DNA of 64,000 bases from Deltaproteobacteria bacterium (lineage in GTDB: Bacteria; Myxococcota_A; Polyangia; Polyangiales; Houyiibacteriaceae). How positions within the stretch are numbered: position 1 is the first letter of the stretch; every line of letters starts with the position of its first letter. The position numbers were made by a program, and so were the translations under genes. Of the stretch, positions 34,293-43,929 are shown piece after piece. The DNA lies in the NCBI GenBank assembly GCA_034670305.1, contig JAXMNT010000020.1, forward strand, positions 32,001-96,000, written 5' to 3'. The notes beneath the pieces are model-generated. The model was given only the letters and a program-made list of their open reading frames with translations, searched no databases and was not told where the DNA came from.

Positions 34293-34410
34293 GCCGCTCG
34301 CCATTCCGTGAAGCGGGATCTTTGGCATCCCTGCCTCCGTCTTCATTCGTGTCCGCTCGATCTCGAGTTCGAGCTGGGCTCTTCCTTCTCCAACGAAGCG
34401 TTGCCTTCGC

Positions 34411-37185
34411 ATGCCCTCTTCTTCCGCGCAGTTCGCGTCCGGAGTCTCCGTGGTGCTGTTGCTCGTTGCGTTCTCCTCGAACGCGTCGGCACAGAACAAC
34501 ACCCCGGAACGCGTGCCGCCGTCCGTCGGGCACGCGCCGGCCGTCGCCTGGCCCGCGGGGGCGCCGGAGGGGCCGCGAGAGGTGGTGGTCGTGCTCTCGC
34601 TCGAGGTCGACGCCGACGGCGTGCTCACGGGCGCCCAAGTGGTGACCGCGCCTCTCCCATCGGTCCTGTTTCGTCGAGCGGCGCTGGCCCACGTCGCGCA
34701 GATCGTGTTCCGCCCGGCGACGGTGGATGGCGTGCCCGTGGCGGCGCGGGTTCAGTACGCAGTGCGGTTCCGGGCGCCAGTGGCGGCCGACGTGGGGGCT
34801 GAGACCGACGCCGAGGCCGACGCCGAAGCCGAGGCCGACTCCGAAGCGGATGGCGAAGCCGACTCCGACGCCGACGCCGACTCCGATGCCGAGGCCGATG
34901 CCGACTCCGATGCCGATGCCGATGCCGATGCCGGTGCCGATGCCGATGCCGATGCCGATGCCGATGCCGATGCCGATGCCGATGCCGATGCCGATGCCGA
35001 CTCCGACGCCGACTCCGGCTCCGACTCCGACTCCGAAGCTGGTGCCGGTGCCGACTCCGACTCCGACTCCGAAGCCGGTTCGTTCGGGGCGCGGGGGTGG
35101 ACGGATCTGGATGTCGTCGAGCGGCCGCCGGCCGCCGCGAGTGAGTCCGACATCCAGCTCACCGCTTTCCGTTCGGTGCCCCGGCGATCCGCCGAAGAGA
35201 ACCTGACGCTCGCGCCTGGGATCGTGCTCGCGAACCATGGCGGCGAAGGCAAAGCGAGCGGCATCTACCTGCGCGGGTTCGATGCCGGTGAGGGGCAGGA
35301 CGTGGAGGTGCTCGTCGATGGCATCCCGCTCAACGAACCGAGCAACGCACACCTGCACGGCTACGCCGACAGCCACTTTCTGATCCCCGAGCTCGTAGAG
35401 AGCCTGCGTCTGCTCCCGGGTCCGTTCGACCCGGCGCAAGGGGACTTCGCCCTCGCGGGCACCGTCGAACACCGCCTCGGCGCGGACGAACCCGGCCTGC
35501 AGATCTTGGGCGGCTACGGATCGTACGCGCGCCGCCGCGCGTTGCTGCTGCTCGCGCAGGACGAACAACGGTTCGTCGGTTTCGAAGTCCAGTCGGGCGC
35601 AGGCTTCGGCATCAACCGACAGCACCGCAACGTGCGGCTGCTCGCGCGGTGGGGCGGCGGCGACGGCCGGCTCAGGTACCACATCACCCTCGCGAGCCAC
35701 GCGCTCCGCTTCGATTCCGCCGGGGTGGTTCGGTCCGACCGCGTGACGGCCCGCGCCCTCCCCTGTGCCTCGGACAGCGACGCCCAGTTCTTCTGCACGG
35801 ACGACAACAACCAAGGCGGCTCGGCTTCCCGGCACCTCGTCGCCGCCCACCTGGACTGGCGGCGTCCCGGCCAGCGGTACCGGCAAGTCGTATGGGCCCA
35901 GCTGCGACGCAACCGGTTCCGAGAGAACTTCACCGGCACCCTCTTCGACGAGCGCGGCGATGGGCTCGACGAGCTGACCGACACCGTCACCGTCGGACTT
36001 CGGGGCGACTACGTCACCGACGCACTCGTCCGGCGCGGTCCACTGCGCGGCCTTCGGCAACAGCTGGAGCTTGGCTACCTCGCGCGCCACGACCGCGGCG
36101 AGTCCCGGATGTTTCGGGTGCGCGGCACGGGTGAACCGCATTCGGTGGTGTTCGACGACGACCTCGCGCTCACCCACGTCGCCGCCCACGTCACCGGCGT
36201 GTTGCGGGTGCCCCGGTTGTCCGTCCGCGCGGGTGCGCGGATCGCAGGGTTCGTCTTCTCCACCGTGGACCACAACCAACCGGAGATGGACCGAGTCGGC
36301 GAACGACTGCCGGAACAGTCCACCGAAGCGTTCGGCATCGCGTTGCTGCCGAGGATGAGCGCCGCGGTTCACCTGCTCGAGGGGTTCGACTGGACCACCA
36401 GCCTCGGTCTCGGGAGTCGATCCAGCGATGCGCGCGCGCTCAGCGAAGGCGAGTCGGCACCGTTCGCCCGGGCGCGTTCCGTGGAGAGTGGCTTGTCCCT
36501 GCTCCGAACGGTGGGAGACGTGAAGTTGGACGCGCGGGCGGGCGCGTTCTGGACGAACGTCGATCGCGATTTGCTCTTCGACTCCGAGTTCGGACGCAAC
36601 GTGCCGCTCGGCGAGACCCAACGGTTCGGCGCGTTCGCGTCGCTCGGGGTTCACCTGGACGATTGGGTGGACCTGCTCGGCAGCTTCGCGTGGACCGAAG
36701 CACACCAGGCGCTCGATGGGGCCGGACCGTTCGATCTCACGAGCGGCCCCCGACTGCCCTTCGTACCCCGCTTCGTTGGACGGCTGGACGCCGCGCTTCG
36801 CCGCGAAGTCAAAGTGCGCAACGACGGTGTCGTCTTCGGGCTCGCCGCCGGTGCCAGCCTCATCGGTCGGCGCCCGCTGCCGAACGAGCAGCTGTCTCAG
36901 CGCATCTTCGTGGTGGATGCCGCCGGCAGCATGCGCTGGCGCTGGCTCGAACTGGACATCGCGGTCCGCAACCTGCTCGACACGCGCTACCGCGCGGTCG
37001 AGCTGCAGTACGAGTCGCGCTTCGCCGCGGACGACTTCGGTTCGCTGCGCCCGGCCCGCCACTTCGCCGCGGGTCCGCCCCTCGAGGTCATGACGAGCCT
37101 CACCGTGCACCTGGACCTCCAAGCGTTCCGAAGTGTGTCCCAAGAAGACGCGTCCGCGCCGTCGAACCCAAGTGAGACCCCATGA
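34411..37185 (+). CDS. TonB-dependent receptor with N-terminal TonB-C domain and (DA)n linker
   Basis: [47 protein letters not shown] plug; NLLDTRY. Confidence 0.92.
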   Translation: MPSSSAQFASGVSVVLLLVAFSSNASAQNNTPERVPPSVGHAPAVAWPAGAPEGPREVVVVLSLEVDADGVLTGAQVVTAPLPSVLFRRAALAHVAQIVFRPATVDGVPVAARVQYAVRFRAPVAADVGAETDAEADAEAEADSEADGEADSDADADSDAEADADSDADADADAGADADADADADADADADADADADSDADSGSDSDSEAGAGADSDSDSEAGSFGARGWTDLDVVERPPAAASESDIQLTAFRSVPRRSAEENLTLAPGIVLANHGGEGKASGIYLRGFDAGEGQDVEVLVDGIPLNEPSNAHLHGYADSHFLIPELVESLRLLPGPFDPAQGDFALAGTVEHRLGADEPGLQILGGYGSYARRRALLLLAQDEQRFVGFEVQSGAGFGINRQHRNVRLLARWGGGDGRLRYHITLASHALRFDSAGVVRSDRVTARALPCASDSDAQFFCTDDNNQGGSASRHLVAAHLDWRRPGQRYRQVVWAQLRRNRFRENFTGTLFDERGDGLDELTDTVTVGLRGDYVTDALVRRGPLRGLRQQLELGYLARHDRGESRMFRVRGTGEPHSVVFDDDLALTHVAAHVTGVLRVPRLSVRAGARIAGFVFSTVDHNQPEMDRVGERLPEQSTEAFGIALLPRMSAAVHLLEGFDWTTSLGLGSRSSDARALSEGESAPFARARSVESGLSLLRTVGDVKLDARAGAFWTNVDRDLLFDSEFGRNVPLGETQRFGAFASLGVHLDDWVDLLGSFAWTEAHQALDGAGPFDLTSGPRLPFVPRFVGRLDAALRREVKVRNDGVVFGLAAGASLIGRRPLPNEQLSQRIFVVDAAGSMRWRWLELDIAVRNLLDTRYRAVELQYESRFAADDFGSLRPARHFAAGPPLEVMTSLTVHLDLQAFRSVSQEDASAPSNPSETP
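34800..35075 (+). repeat. In-frame hexamer array (GCCGAT/GCCGAC/TCCGAC) encoding an Asp-Ala/Asp-Ser linker
   Basis: Read directly inside the receptor gene. Confidence 0.95.
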
Positions 37186-37991
37186 CCCGCCCCATCCAGC
37201 TGCCCGTGCTCTGCGTCCGAAGCGCAGTGCCAGCTCACCGAAGCGCAGTGCTGTCCTCGAGAATCGCTGTGCTCTTCGCGCTCGCCCTGCCCTTTCTCCC
37301 CACCCCTGGGTGCGGCGCGGGAACCGGCGCGCCGATCGTCGACGCGTCTTTTGCGATCGGCGGCAGCGACGCGGCGCGGTCCTTCGCGACCTCTGCGGGT
37401 TGGCAGGTCGAGCTCACCGAAGCGCGCATCGTGCTCGGACCCATCTACGCGTTGGCACCCCGCGACGAAGTGCCCATGGCCTTGCGCCTTTGGCCCACGT
37501 CGGTCGCCCGCGCCCACGGCGGCTTCGACGCACTCGATGGCCGCATCGTGCGCATGGAGGTGCTCGATCAGTTCCTCGTCGACGCCCTCGCGCCGGAGCC
37601 GCAGATCATCGCGACGCTGGCCGAAGAAGGCCGCGCCACCGAACTGTCGGTCGGCATCCTGCCACCGGTCGATCGGCACGTAGAAGCAACCCGCGGCTTC
37701 GATGTTTGGGTCGAGGGCACGGCCCGCCAAGGAGAGACCGAGGTGCCCTTCAGCGGCGGCCTCGATCTCGGCGACGACCCCATGGCGCGCCGAGTCCAGA
37801 ACATCGACCTCGACGCGAGCCTTGCCGAAGGCGGCACACTCCAGCTCTTGGTCGATGCGCGCGTCTGGCTCGACGGCGTCGACTTCGACCGGGTCGACGG
37901 CGAGTTCGCCCTGGACGGCCAGGCCCACGCCGCGCTCCGCGTCGGCGCGCGGCGACCCACTGCATTTTCGGCGACCTACCAGGCGCCCTAA
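37182..37991 (+). CDS. Probable lipoprotein in receptor operon
   Basis: Hydrophobic stretch then PGC; GWQVEL..A.I.LGPIY, ARAHGG; ATGA overlap. Confidence 0.75.
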   Translation: MTRPIQLPVLCVRSAVPAHRSAVLSSRIAVLFALALPFLPTPGCGAGTGAPIVDASFAIGGSDAARSFATSAGWQVELTEARIVLGPIYALAPRDEVPMALRLWPTSVARAHGGFDALDGRIVRMEVLDQFLVDALAPEPQIIATLAEEGRATELSVGILPPVDRHVEATRGFDVWVEGTARQGETEVPFSGGLDLGDDPMARRVQNIDLDASLAEGGTLQLLVDARVWLDGVDFDRVDGEFALDGQAHAALRVGARRPTAFSATYQAP

Positions 37992-38023
37992 CTCAACAAC
38001 AACGAGACTCGAGCTTCAACGAC

Positions 38024-38929
38024 ATGACCATGAACAACACCCATCGCCCGCGGAGAGCTGGAATCGGCTCCCTGATCCTTCTCGCCATCGTTGCGTGCGG
38101 CAGCGGGTCCACCGGCACCCTCGAAGTCCAACTCTCCGGTGAAGAAGCCAGCCAAGTCGGCTTCCCGGTCGGTGAAGGCGAGGGGCTGATCGCCTTCACC
38201 GATGGCTGGCGCATCGCATTCGATCGTGTGCTGGTCTCCGTCTCCGAGATCCACGTGCGCGCCTCGGACGGAGACGACGCGCTCGTCATGGCCGATCCAG
38301 TCGTCGTCGACCTGCATCTCGGCGAGCCGATCGCCTGGCGCTTCGAGAACGTGCCTTCGCGCCGCTGGGACCGCGTGTCGTACCAGTTCGCGCCCGCCAC
38401 TTCGGCGAGCCGCGGCGTGGGCGACATCTCCGCCGACGACGTGCAAGCCATGGCAGCCGGTGGCCACTCCTTCTGGATCGAAGGCACCGCCACCCGCGGC
38501 GAGGAGTCGGTGGCGTTCTCCTGGCAGTTCGACGCCTCCATCGAGAACACCGGCTGCATCAACGGCATGGACGAGACCGATGGTCTGGTCGTGCGCGAGA
38601 GCGGCGTCAGTGGTGTGCAGCTCACCGTGCACTTCGACCACCTCTTCTTCGACAGCTACGCCCACGACGATCCGCAGCTGCGTTTCGATCCCATCGCGGC
38701 GGTGGCGGGAGACGACGGCGTCGTGACGCTCGAGGAACTCGCCTCCCAATCGATCGTCGACATGCGCGACGCCGAAGGCGCACCGATTCTGATCGACGGC
38801 GCCCCCCTGACCTACGACCCAGGCGACCTCGACATTCCGACGACCGACCTGCGCGCGTACATGATCGGCGCCCTGAGCACGACGGGACACTTCAACGGCG
38901 AAGGCCACTGCGACTACGAGTTGCGTTAG
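38024..38929 (+). CDS. Lipoprotein in receptor operon, possible metal-binding
   Basis: IVAC lipobox; FTDGWRIAF, HFDHLFF, GHFNGEGHC. Confidence 0.78.
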   Translation: MTMNNTHRPRRAGIGSLILLAIVACGSGSTGTLEVQLSGEEASQVGFPVGEGEGLIAFTDGWRIAFDRVLVSVSEIHVRASDGDDALVMADPVVVDLHLGEPIAWRFENVPSRRWDRVSYQFAPATSASRGVGDISADDVQAMAAGGHSFWIEGTATRGEESVAFSWQFDASIENTGCINGMDETDGLVVRESGVSGVQLTVHFDHLFFDSYAHDDPQLRFDPIAAVAGDDGVVTLEELASQSIVDMRDAEGAPILIDGAPLTYDPGDLDIPTTDLRAYMIGALSTTGHFNGEGHCDYELR

Positions 38930-39324
38930 TCGGCGCAGGTGTCGCAGAGGCCGCGCAGCTGCACTTCTTCGACGTGGGCCACGCCCGTCACCGCGACCGA
39001 CTCGATCGGGAGGCACGCCACGGTGCCGCACTCGGTACAGAGCAGATGCGGATGCTCCTGGTGGCGCTTCTCGCTCGCGAGCTCGAACCGCCACACGTGG
39101 TCGCCGTGGTCCGAGCGTTTCGCCAAGCCCACTTCGACCAGGTCGCTCAGGTTGCGGTAGAGCGTCGCGCGGTCGAACCCGCGGGCGGCCAGACCGTCGT
39201 TCACTTCGGAGTGGCTGAGCGGCCGCGTCGCTGCCAGAAGCAACTCCAGCACCGCCATGCGGGCGCCGGTCGCTCGGAGCCCATGGGCCCGGAGCGCGGC
39301 TTTCAGCTCGTCGACACTGGCCAC
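38926..39324 (-). CDS. Fur-family regulator (Zur-like)
   Basis: GLRATGAR, DRATLYRNL, HPHLLCTECG, CDTC. Confidence 0.9.
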   Translation of the reverse strand: MASVDELKAALRAHGLRATGARMAVLELLLAATRPLSHSEVNDGLAARGFDRATLYRNLSDLVEVGLAKRSDHGDHVWRFELASEKRHQEHPHLLCTECGTVACLPIESVAVTGVAHVEEVQLRGLCDTCAD

Positions 39325-39361
39325 CCGCACAGCATCCCACGCACCCCCGCCATCAGCAACC

Positions 39362-39398
39362 ACAACCCAGTTGCAAAAACGACCCGGTTGCGTACGGT
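39362..39398 (+). promoter_or_regulatory. Divergent promoter region: TTGCAA-16-TACGGT overlapped by two ACRACCCRGTTGC repeats
   Basis: Repeats at 39362-39374 and 39379-39391; -35 at 39371, -10 at 39393. Confidence 0.55.
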
Positions 39399-39403
39399 GC
39401 AGC

Positions 39404-40981
39404 ATGGTCGCCGCTTTGGCCATCTCTGTCCTCTCGGTCGTGTTCGGTGCGTTGCTCGCGCTGGGCCGTCGACGTTGGGCCATGCACGGGCTGCAGACGT
39501 TCGCGGTCGTGGCCGCGCTCGCGGTCGTGCTCATGCACCTGCTGCCCGAAGCATTCGTGGGGGCCGGCATCGGCGCACTGGTCGTGTTCGGCATCGCGTT
39601 CGGTGCCGCGCGCCTTCTCGACCGGTTCCACACACACGACGTCGACGCGGCCGATCCGGCACGGAAGGAGTGGGGTCTCGAGCTCGGCTTCTGGGCTTTG
39701 TGTCTGCACAAGCTCATGGATGGCCTCGCGCTCGGCTGGTACGCGCGGCAGGGCTTCTCCCGCTTCTCGGGCGGCCCGAACTTCGACGTGCTCTTCGCGC
39801 TCGCCGCCCACGCGGTGCCGGTGACCGCGCTCGTCGTCATCGCCTACCTGCCGCGCGGCACGAAGGTCGCCCTCACCCGCGCCGCGTGGTTGGCCGGCAT
39901 GAGCGTCGCGGGTGTGCTGCTCGTGCGGGTGCTTCCCACGAGCCTCTACGTGCCCGTCGCACCGTGGATGGCGGCGGTCACCGGCGGACTGCTCTTGCAC
40001 GTGGTCTCGCACTCCCACGGCGCCGACGCGCGGTCGCACGACGGGCCGATCCCACTGCGTTCGCGGGTCGTCGACCTCCTGGCGATCGGTGGCGCGCTGA
40101 TGCTCGTCGTGCTCGCTCGAGGGCCCGTCGGTCCGGCCGGCGACATCCGCTGGCGCACCGTCGACGCATTCGTCGAGCTCGGTCTCGAAGTCGCGCCCGT
40201 GCTCGTGGTCGCACTGCTCGCCGTCGCGCTGCTCCGCACCAGCCTCGAACGCACCCAGCTCGGTTCGCGTGTGCTCTCGGTATTGGTTCCGCTGGCTGCG
40301 ATCGAGACCCTCGCCGTCTCGACGCGGCTGCTCGGGGAATCGTTCGCGGCGCTTCGCGTCGCCAACGCGATCGGCATCGCGCTCGTCGCCGGCGCGCTCG
40401 TCCGGCACAGCCGCAAGAAACAAGAGCCCACCACGCTCGCGCCGCAGCTCGATCGGCTCTTCGCGCGCACCGTCCCGTGGACGTTGATCGGGTTGCTCGC
40501 CGCCGCGTACGTCCAAGTGCTCCTTCCCCCTCAAGCGCTCGCCCAGGTCTCTCTTGGGACCGCGTTTCTGGTGGTGACCCTCGTCGCGGTCCCGAGCTAC
40601 ATGTGCCCGGTCGCGGTCACGCCGCTCGCAGCGGTACTCATCGCCCGCGGCCTGCCCGCAGGGGCCGTTCTTGCGGGGTTGCTGCTGGGCCCTGCACTGC
40701 ATCTCACGATGGCCAACCACCTCGCACGCAGCCACGGCCGCAAAGCAGCGCTGCTCTTCGTCGGCATCGTGCTGACGCTGGCCTGGGGCGCCGGTGGGTT
40801 CGTCGAATGGTCGGAGCTTCCGATCGCGCTGCGGGTCGAAATCGAGCCGCACCTGCACCATCCGCTCGAACAGCTCGCCCTCGGCATCTGCGCCGCGGTC
40901 GTGGCGCGGATGCTCTATCTGTTCGGAATTCATGGTTTCTTTGCGACGGCGAGCCCCGACCGGTCCCGCATCGCCGTCTGA
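39404..40981 (+). CDS. Membrane protein: ZIP-like N-terminal half fused to DUF318/ArsP-like permease half
   Basis: HLLPEA, HKLMDG, AHAVP, GLLLHV; then PSYMCPVAVTPLAAVL..G...GAVLAGLLLGPA. Confidence 0.75.
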   Translation: MVAALAISVLSVVFGALLALGRRRWAMHGLQTFAVVAALAVVLMHLLPEAFVGAGIGALVVFGIAFGAARLLDRFHTHDVDAADPARKEWGLELGFWALCLHKLMDGLALGWYARQGFSRFSGGPNFDVLFALAAHAVPVTALVVIAYLPRGTKVALTRAAWLAGMSVAGVLLVRVLPTSLYVPVAPWMAAVTGGLLLHVVSHSHGADARSHDGPIPLRSRVVDLLAIGGALMLVVLARGPVGPAGDIRWRTVDAFVELGLEVAPVLVVALLAVALLRTSLERTQLGSRVLSVLVPLAAIETLAVSTRLLGESFAALRVANAIGIALVAGALVRHSRKKQEPTTLAPQLDRLFARTVPWTLIGLLAAAYVQVLLPPQALAQVSLGTAFLVVTLVAVPSYMCPVAVTPLAAVLIARGLPAGAVLAGLLLGPALHLTMANHLARSHGRKAALLFVGIVLTLAWGAGGFVEWSELPIALRVEIEPHLHHPLEQLALGICAAVVARMLYLFGIHGFFATASPDRSRIAV

Positions 40982-41049
40982 CCCCTTGACCTGTTCGATT
41001 CAACACTTCATCATTCATTCAAGTGATGGAGGATGTGAGACGAGGCCCC

Positions 41050-41415
41050 ATGCTGATCGATGTCGAGTCCGCCGACCCTCTGGAAGACGAGGCGTGCGAA
41101 CACGAACACGAAGGCGTCGATCACGAATCGATCGACCCGGATGTTCTGGAACGCGCCGCCGCGATCTTTCACGCAGCGGGTGATCCCGGTCGCCTTCGCA
41201 TCCTTCACTGCTTGCTCTGCGAAGAGCACTGCGTAAGCGACCTGGCCGCCGAAATGGGCGACGCCATGTCGACGATCTCGCAGCGCCTGAAGGTGCTGCG
41301 CTCGCAGCGCCTCGTCACCCGTCGCCGGGACGGAAAACACATCTACTACGGACTCGCCGACGACCACGTCGCCGAACTCGTCCGCAGTGCCATCGAACAC
41401 GCCAGTCACCACTGA
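41050..41415 (+). CDS. ArsR/SmtB-family metal-responsive repressor
   Basis: DPGRLRIL, CVSDLA, ISQRL, RRDGKHIYY, DDHV...IEH (alpha5-type site); alternative start 41026. Confidence 0.9.
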   Translation: MLIDVESADPLEDEACEHEHEGVDHESIDPDVLERAAAIFHAAGDPGRLRILHCLLCEEHCVSDLAAEMGDAMSTISQRLKVLRSQRLVTRRRDGKHIYYGLADDHVAELVRSAIEHASHH

Positions 41416-41434
41416 CCCACCAAGGAGCCCGCTC

Positions 41435-41773
41435 ATGCACGACCACGAAGACCACGACCACGAACACGGCGAAGGCTGTGGACACACCCAGGTCAAACAC
41501 GGGGACCACGTCGACTTCGTGCACGACGGACATCTGCACCACGCCAAGGCGGACGGTGCGATCGAAGAGCACGCGCTCGAGGTGACCGAAGACAACCCAG
41601 CGGGCTGCAAGCCCCACTCGTGTGCCTCGCACGAAGGCGACCACGAACACGGTGTCGACTGCGGACACGAAGCGGTCCCGCACGGCGACCACACCTGCTA
41701 CATCGTGGATGGCCACCTGCACCACCCGCACGGCGATCACTGCGACGACCACGGCCCCGTCGAAGTCGTCTAG
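41435..41773 (+). CDS. His/Cys-rich metal-binding protein (112 aa, two repeats)
   Basis: Two HEHG..CGH..V.HGDH.....DGHLHH units; AAGGAG RBS. Confidence 0.85.
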   Translation: MHDHEDHDHEHGEGCGHTQVKHGDHVDFVHDGHLHHAKADGAIEEHALEVTEDNPAGCKPHSCASHEGDHEHGVDCGHEAVPHGDHTCYIVDGHLHHPHGDHCDDHGPVEVV

Positions 41774-41812
41774 CAGCCGCCAACAAACGCGGGGGCGCAT
41801 GCAGCTCCCACC

Positions 41813-42856
41813 ATGATCAAGTACCTCGGTTCCAAGCGCCGTCTGCTCCCTCAGCTGACGGCGCTTTTTGGCGCGTTGCCCGACGCGCACCATGTGCTGG
41901 ATCTGTTCAGTGGCACCGCCCGGGTGGGACGCGCGCTCAAAGCAGCCGGCCACCAGGTCACCTCCTGCGACGAGCTCACCTTCGCCGCGACCCTGGCGCG
42001 CTGCTACGTGCAGGCGGATCCCGCCAAGGTGACACCTCGGGTGAAGCGCGCGCTGAAGGAGCTCGCCGCCCTGCCTCCGAAGCCCGGCTACTTCACGAAG
42101 ACCTTCTGTGAAGACGCGCGCTTCTTCCAGCCGAAGAACGGCGCCCGCATCGACGCGATGCGTGACGGGCTCGACGACCTCGATCTGGACGAAGACACCC
42201 GCGCGGTCGTGATGGTCGCGCTGATGGAAGCCGCCGACCGGGTCGACAGCACCACCGGCGTGCACATGGCCTACCTGAAACAGTGGGCGCGGCGCGCGCA
42301 CAACGATCTCGAACTCCGCATGCCGGAACTCGTGCCCGGCACCGGCCGCGCCCACCTCGAGAGCGCCGCGACGGTGGCGCGCACCACTCCGGCCGACGCC
42401 GCGTACCTCGACCCGCCGTACAACCAGCACAGCTACCTCGGCAACTACCACGTGTGGGAGACGCTCGTGCGCTGGGACGCGCCGGAAGCCTACGGCGTCG
42501 CGCAGAAGCGCATCGATCGCAAGACCCGCAAGTGCGCCTTCAACTCCAAGCGCGCGATCGAAGGCGCGCTGAAAGAAGTGCTCGACGCGCTCGACGTTCG
42601 GCACGTCGTGGTGTCGTTCAACGACGAGGGCTACCTCTCGCGCGACCAGCTGATCGAGATGCTCTCCCCCCGCGGGCACGTGGAAGTCGTCGCGATCGAC
42701 CACGCCCGCTACGTCGGCGCGAAGATCGGGATCCACGATCCGAGCGGACAGAAGGTCGGCAAGGTCAGCCACACCCGCAACCAAGAGCTGCTCTTCATCG
42801 CCACGGGGCGCCCGGCCGACGCCCAAGCCGCCGCCGCCGCCTGCACCCGCGCCTGA
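41813..42856 (+). CDS. DNA adenine methyltransferase (D12 class), orphan
   Basis: MIKYLGSK, DLFSGT, YLDPPYN. Confidence 0.9.
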   Translation: MIKYLGSKRRLLPQLTALFGALPDAHHVLDLFSGTARVGRALKAAGHQVTSCDELTFAATLARCYVQADPAKVTPRVKRALKELAALPPKPGYFTKTFCEDARFFQPKNGARIDAMRDGLDDLDLDEDTRAVVMVALMEAADRVDSTTGVHMAYLKQWARRAHNDLELRMPELVPGTGRAHLESAATVARTTPADAAYLDPPYNQHSYLGNYHVWETLVRWDAPEAYGVAQKRIDRKTRKCAFNSKRAIEGALKEVLDALDVRHVVVSFNDEGYLSRDQLIEMLSPRGHVEVVAIDHARYVGAKIGIHDPSGQKVGKVSHTRNQELLFIATGRPADAQAAAAACTRA

Positions 42857-42963
42857 CCCAACCAGGCAGGGACAAAACGTCCGCCGTTCCGGACCATTCG
42901 CGCATTCGTTCGAGGAGGTTGGATACCAAGGGCGCCGGCCCTTTTCGGCACTACGATGCACGC

Positions 42964-43929
42964 ATGGCTGTCTCTCGTACTGTGGTTCGAGCGCTCCTGA
43001 ACGCGGCCGAGGCCGCCGGTCACCCCATCGAGTTCGAGGTCCAAGACAACACCTCCGAAGCCGAGGAACTCGACCTCTGGACCCGGCTGCTGGCGGTCAT
43101 CCCCGACCTGGGATTCCAGGCGGCGACGACGTGGACCAAGGGACAGTTCCGGGTGCTCGAGTATCTGATGCGGACCGCGCCGACCATGCAGGACAGCCTG
43201 GACGAACTCGTCCGATTCAACCGCGTGCTCCATGGCACCGCGATCTTCGACGGTGGGTTCGACGCGGACACGAAGCGGTACACCGTCCGCTTTCTCACCC
43301 CGCATCCGGACCACGCGTCGGTCGCAGCCGCGGGGGCCGAGTTTGCCCTCCTCTCGCTCTTCCGTTTCGGGTGCGACGCCACCGGTGCCGACCTCGAGAT
43401 CGCGGAGCTGCTCTTTCGGCATCCCCCGCCCGCACACGCGGACGCGCTCGAGCGCGCATTCCGTCGACAGCCGGTGTTCGATGCCGAGACCGACGCGATC
43501 TCGTTCGGCCCGCCTGCGCTCGAGCGCGCGTTGGAGCAGCGGGACCCGGTGCTGCACGAGATCCTCGAAGAGGTTCTGCAGTCCGAGCTTCACTCGCAAC
43601 CACGGACGGACTTGCTGCGCCTCGTGCGGACCCACACCGCCGCGCTGCTTCGACACGCCGAGCCGAAGCTTGCCGACGTGGCCAAGGTGATCGGTCTGAG
43701 TCGACGCACCCTTCAGTCGCGCCTCGAGGGGGAGGGCACGACGTTCCGCGCCGAGCTCGAGAGCCTGCGCGAGTCCCTCGCGCGCGGGTACCTGCGGACC
43801 TCAGACCTGGACGTCGCCGAGATCGCGGCGCTGCTGTCCTATTCGGAGGAGTCTTCGTTCCGCAGAGCGTTCAAGCGTTGGACGGGTCGGACCCCGACTC
43901 AGTATCGGAAACAGGTTCGCAAGCCGTGA
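42964..43929 (+). CDS. AraC-family regulator (OruR-like)
   Basis: LSRRTLQSRL..EGTTF, IAALLSYSEESSFRRAFKRWTG.TP..YR. Confidence 0.92.
   Translation: MAVSRTVVRALLNAAEAAGHPIEFEVQDNTSEAEELDLWTRLLAVIPDLGFQAATTWTKGQFRVLEYLMRTAPTMQDSLDELVRFNRVLHGTAIFDGGFDADTKRYTVRFLTPHPDHASVAAAGAEFALLSLFRFGCDATGADLEIAELLFRHPPPAHADALERAFRRQPVFDAETDAISFGPPALERALEQRDPVLHEILEEVLQSELHSQPRTDLLRLVRTHTAALLRHAEPKLADVAKVIGLSRRTLQSRLEGEGTTFRAELESLRESLARGYLRTSDLDVAEIAALLSYSEESSFRRAFKRWTGRTPTQYRKQVRKP

Noticed and set aside
33226-37143. 1305-aa minus-strand ORF, and similar long ORFs (17556-20411, 1689-3386, 26849-28918)
   Set aside because: Antisense shadows of real GC3-biased genes with no recognisable motifs.
41813-43929. 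Restriction-modification or defence system
   Set aside because: The methylase neighbours are AraC and a metal-binding protein; no nuclease motifs seen.
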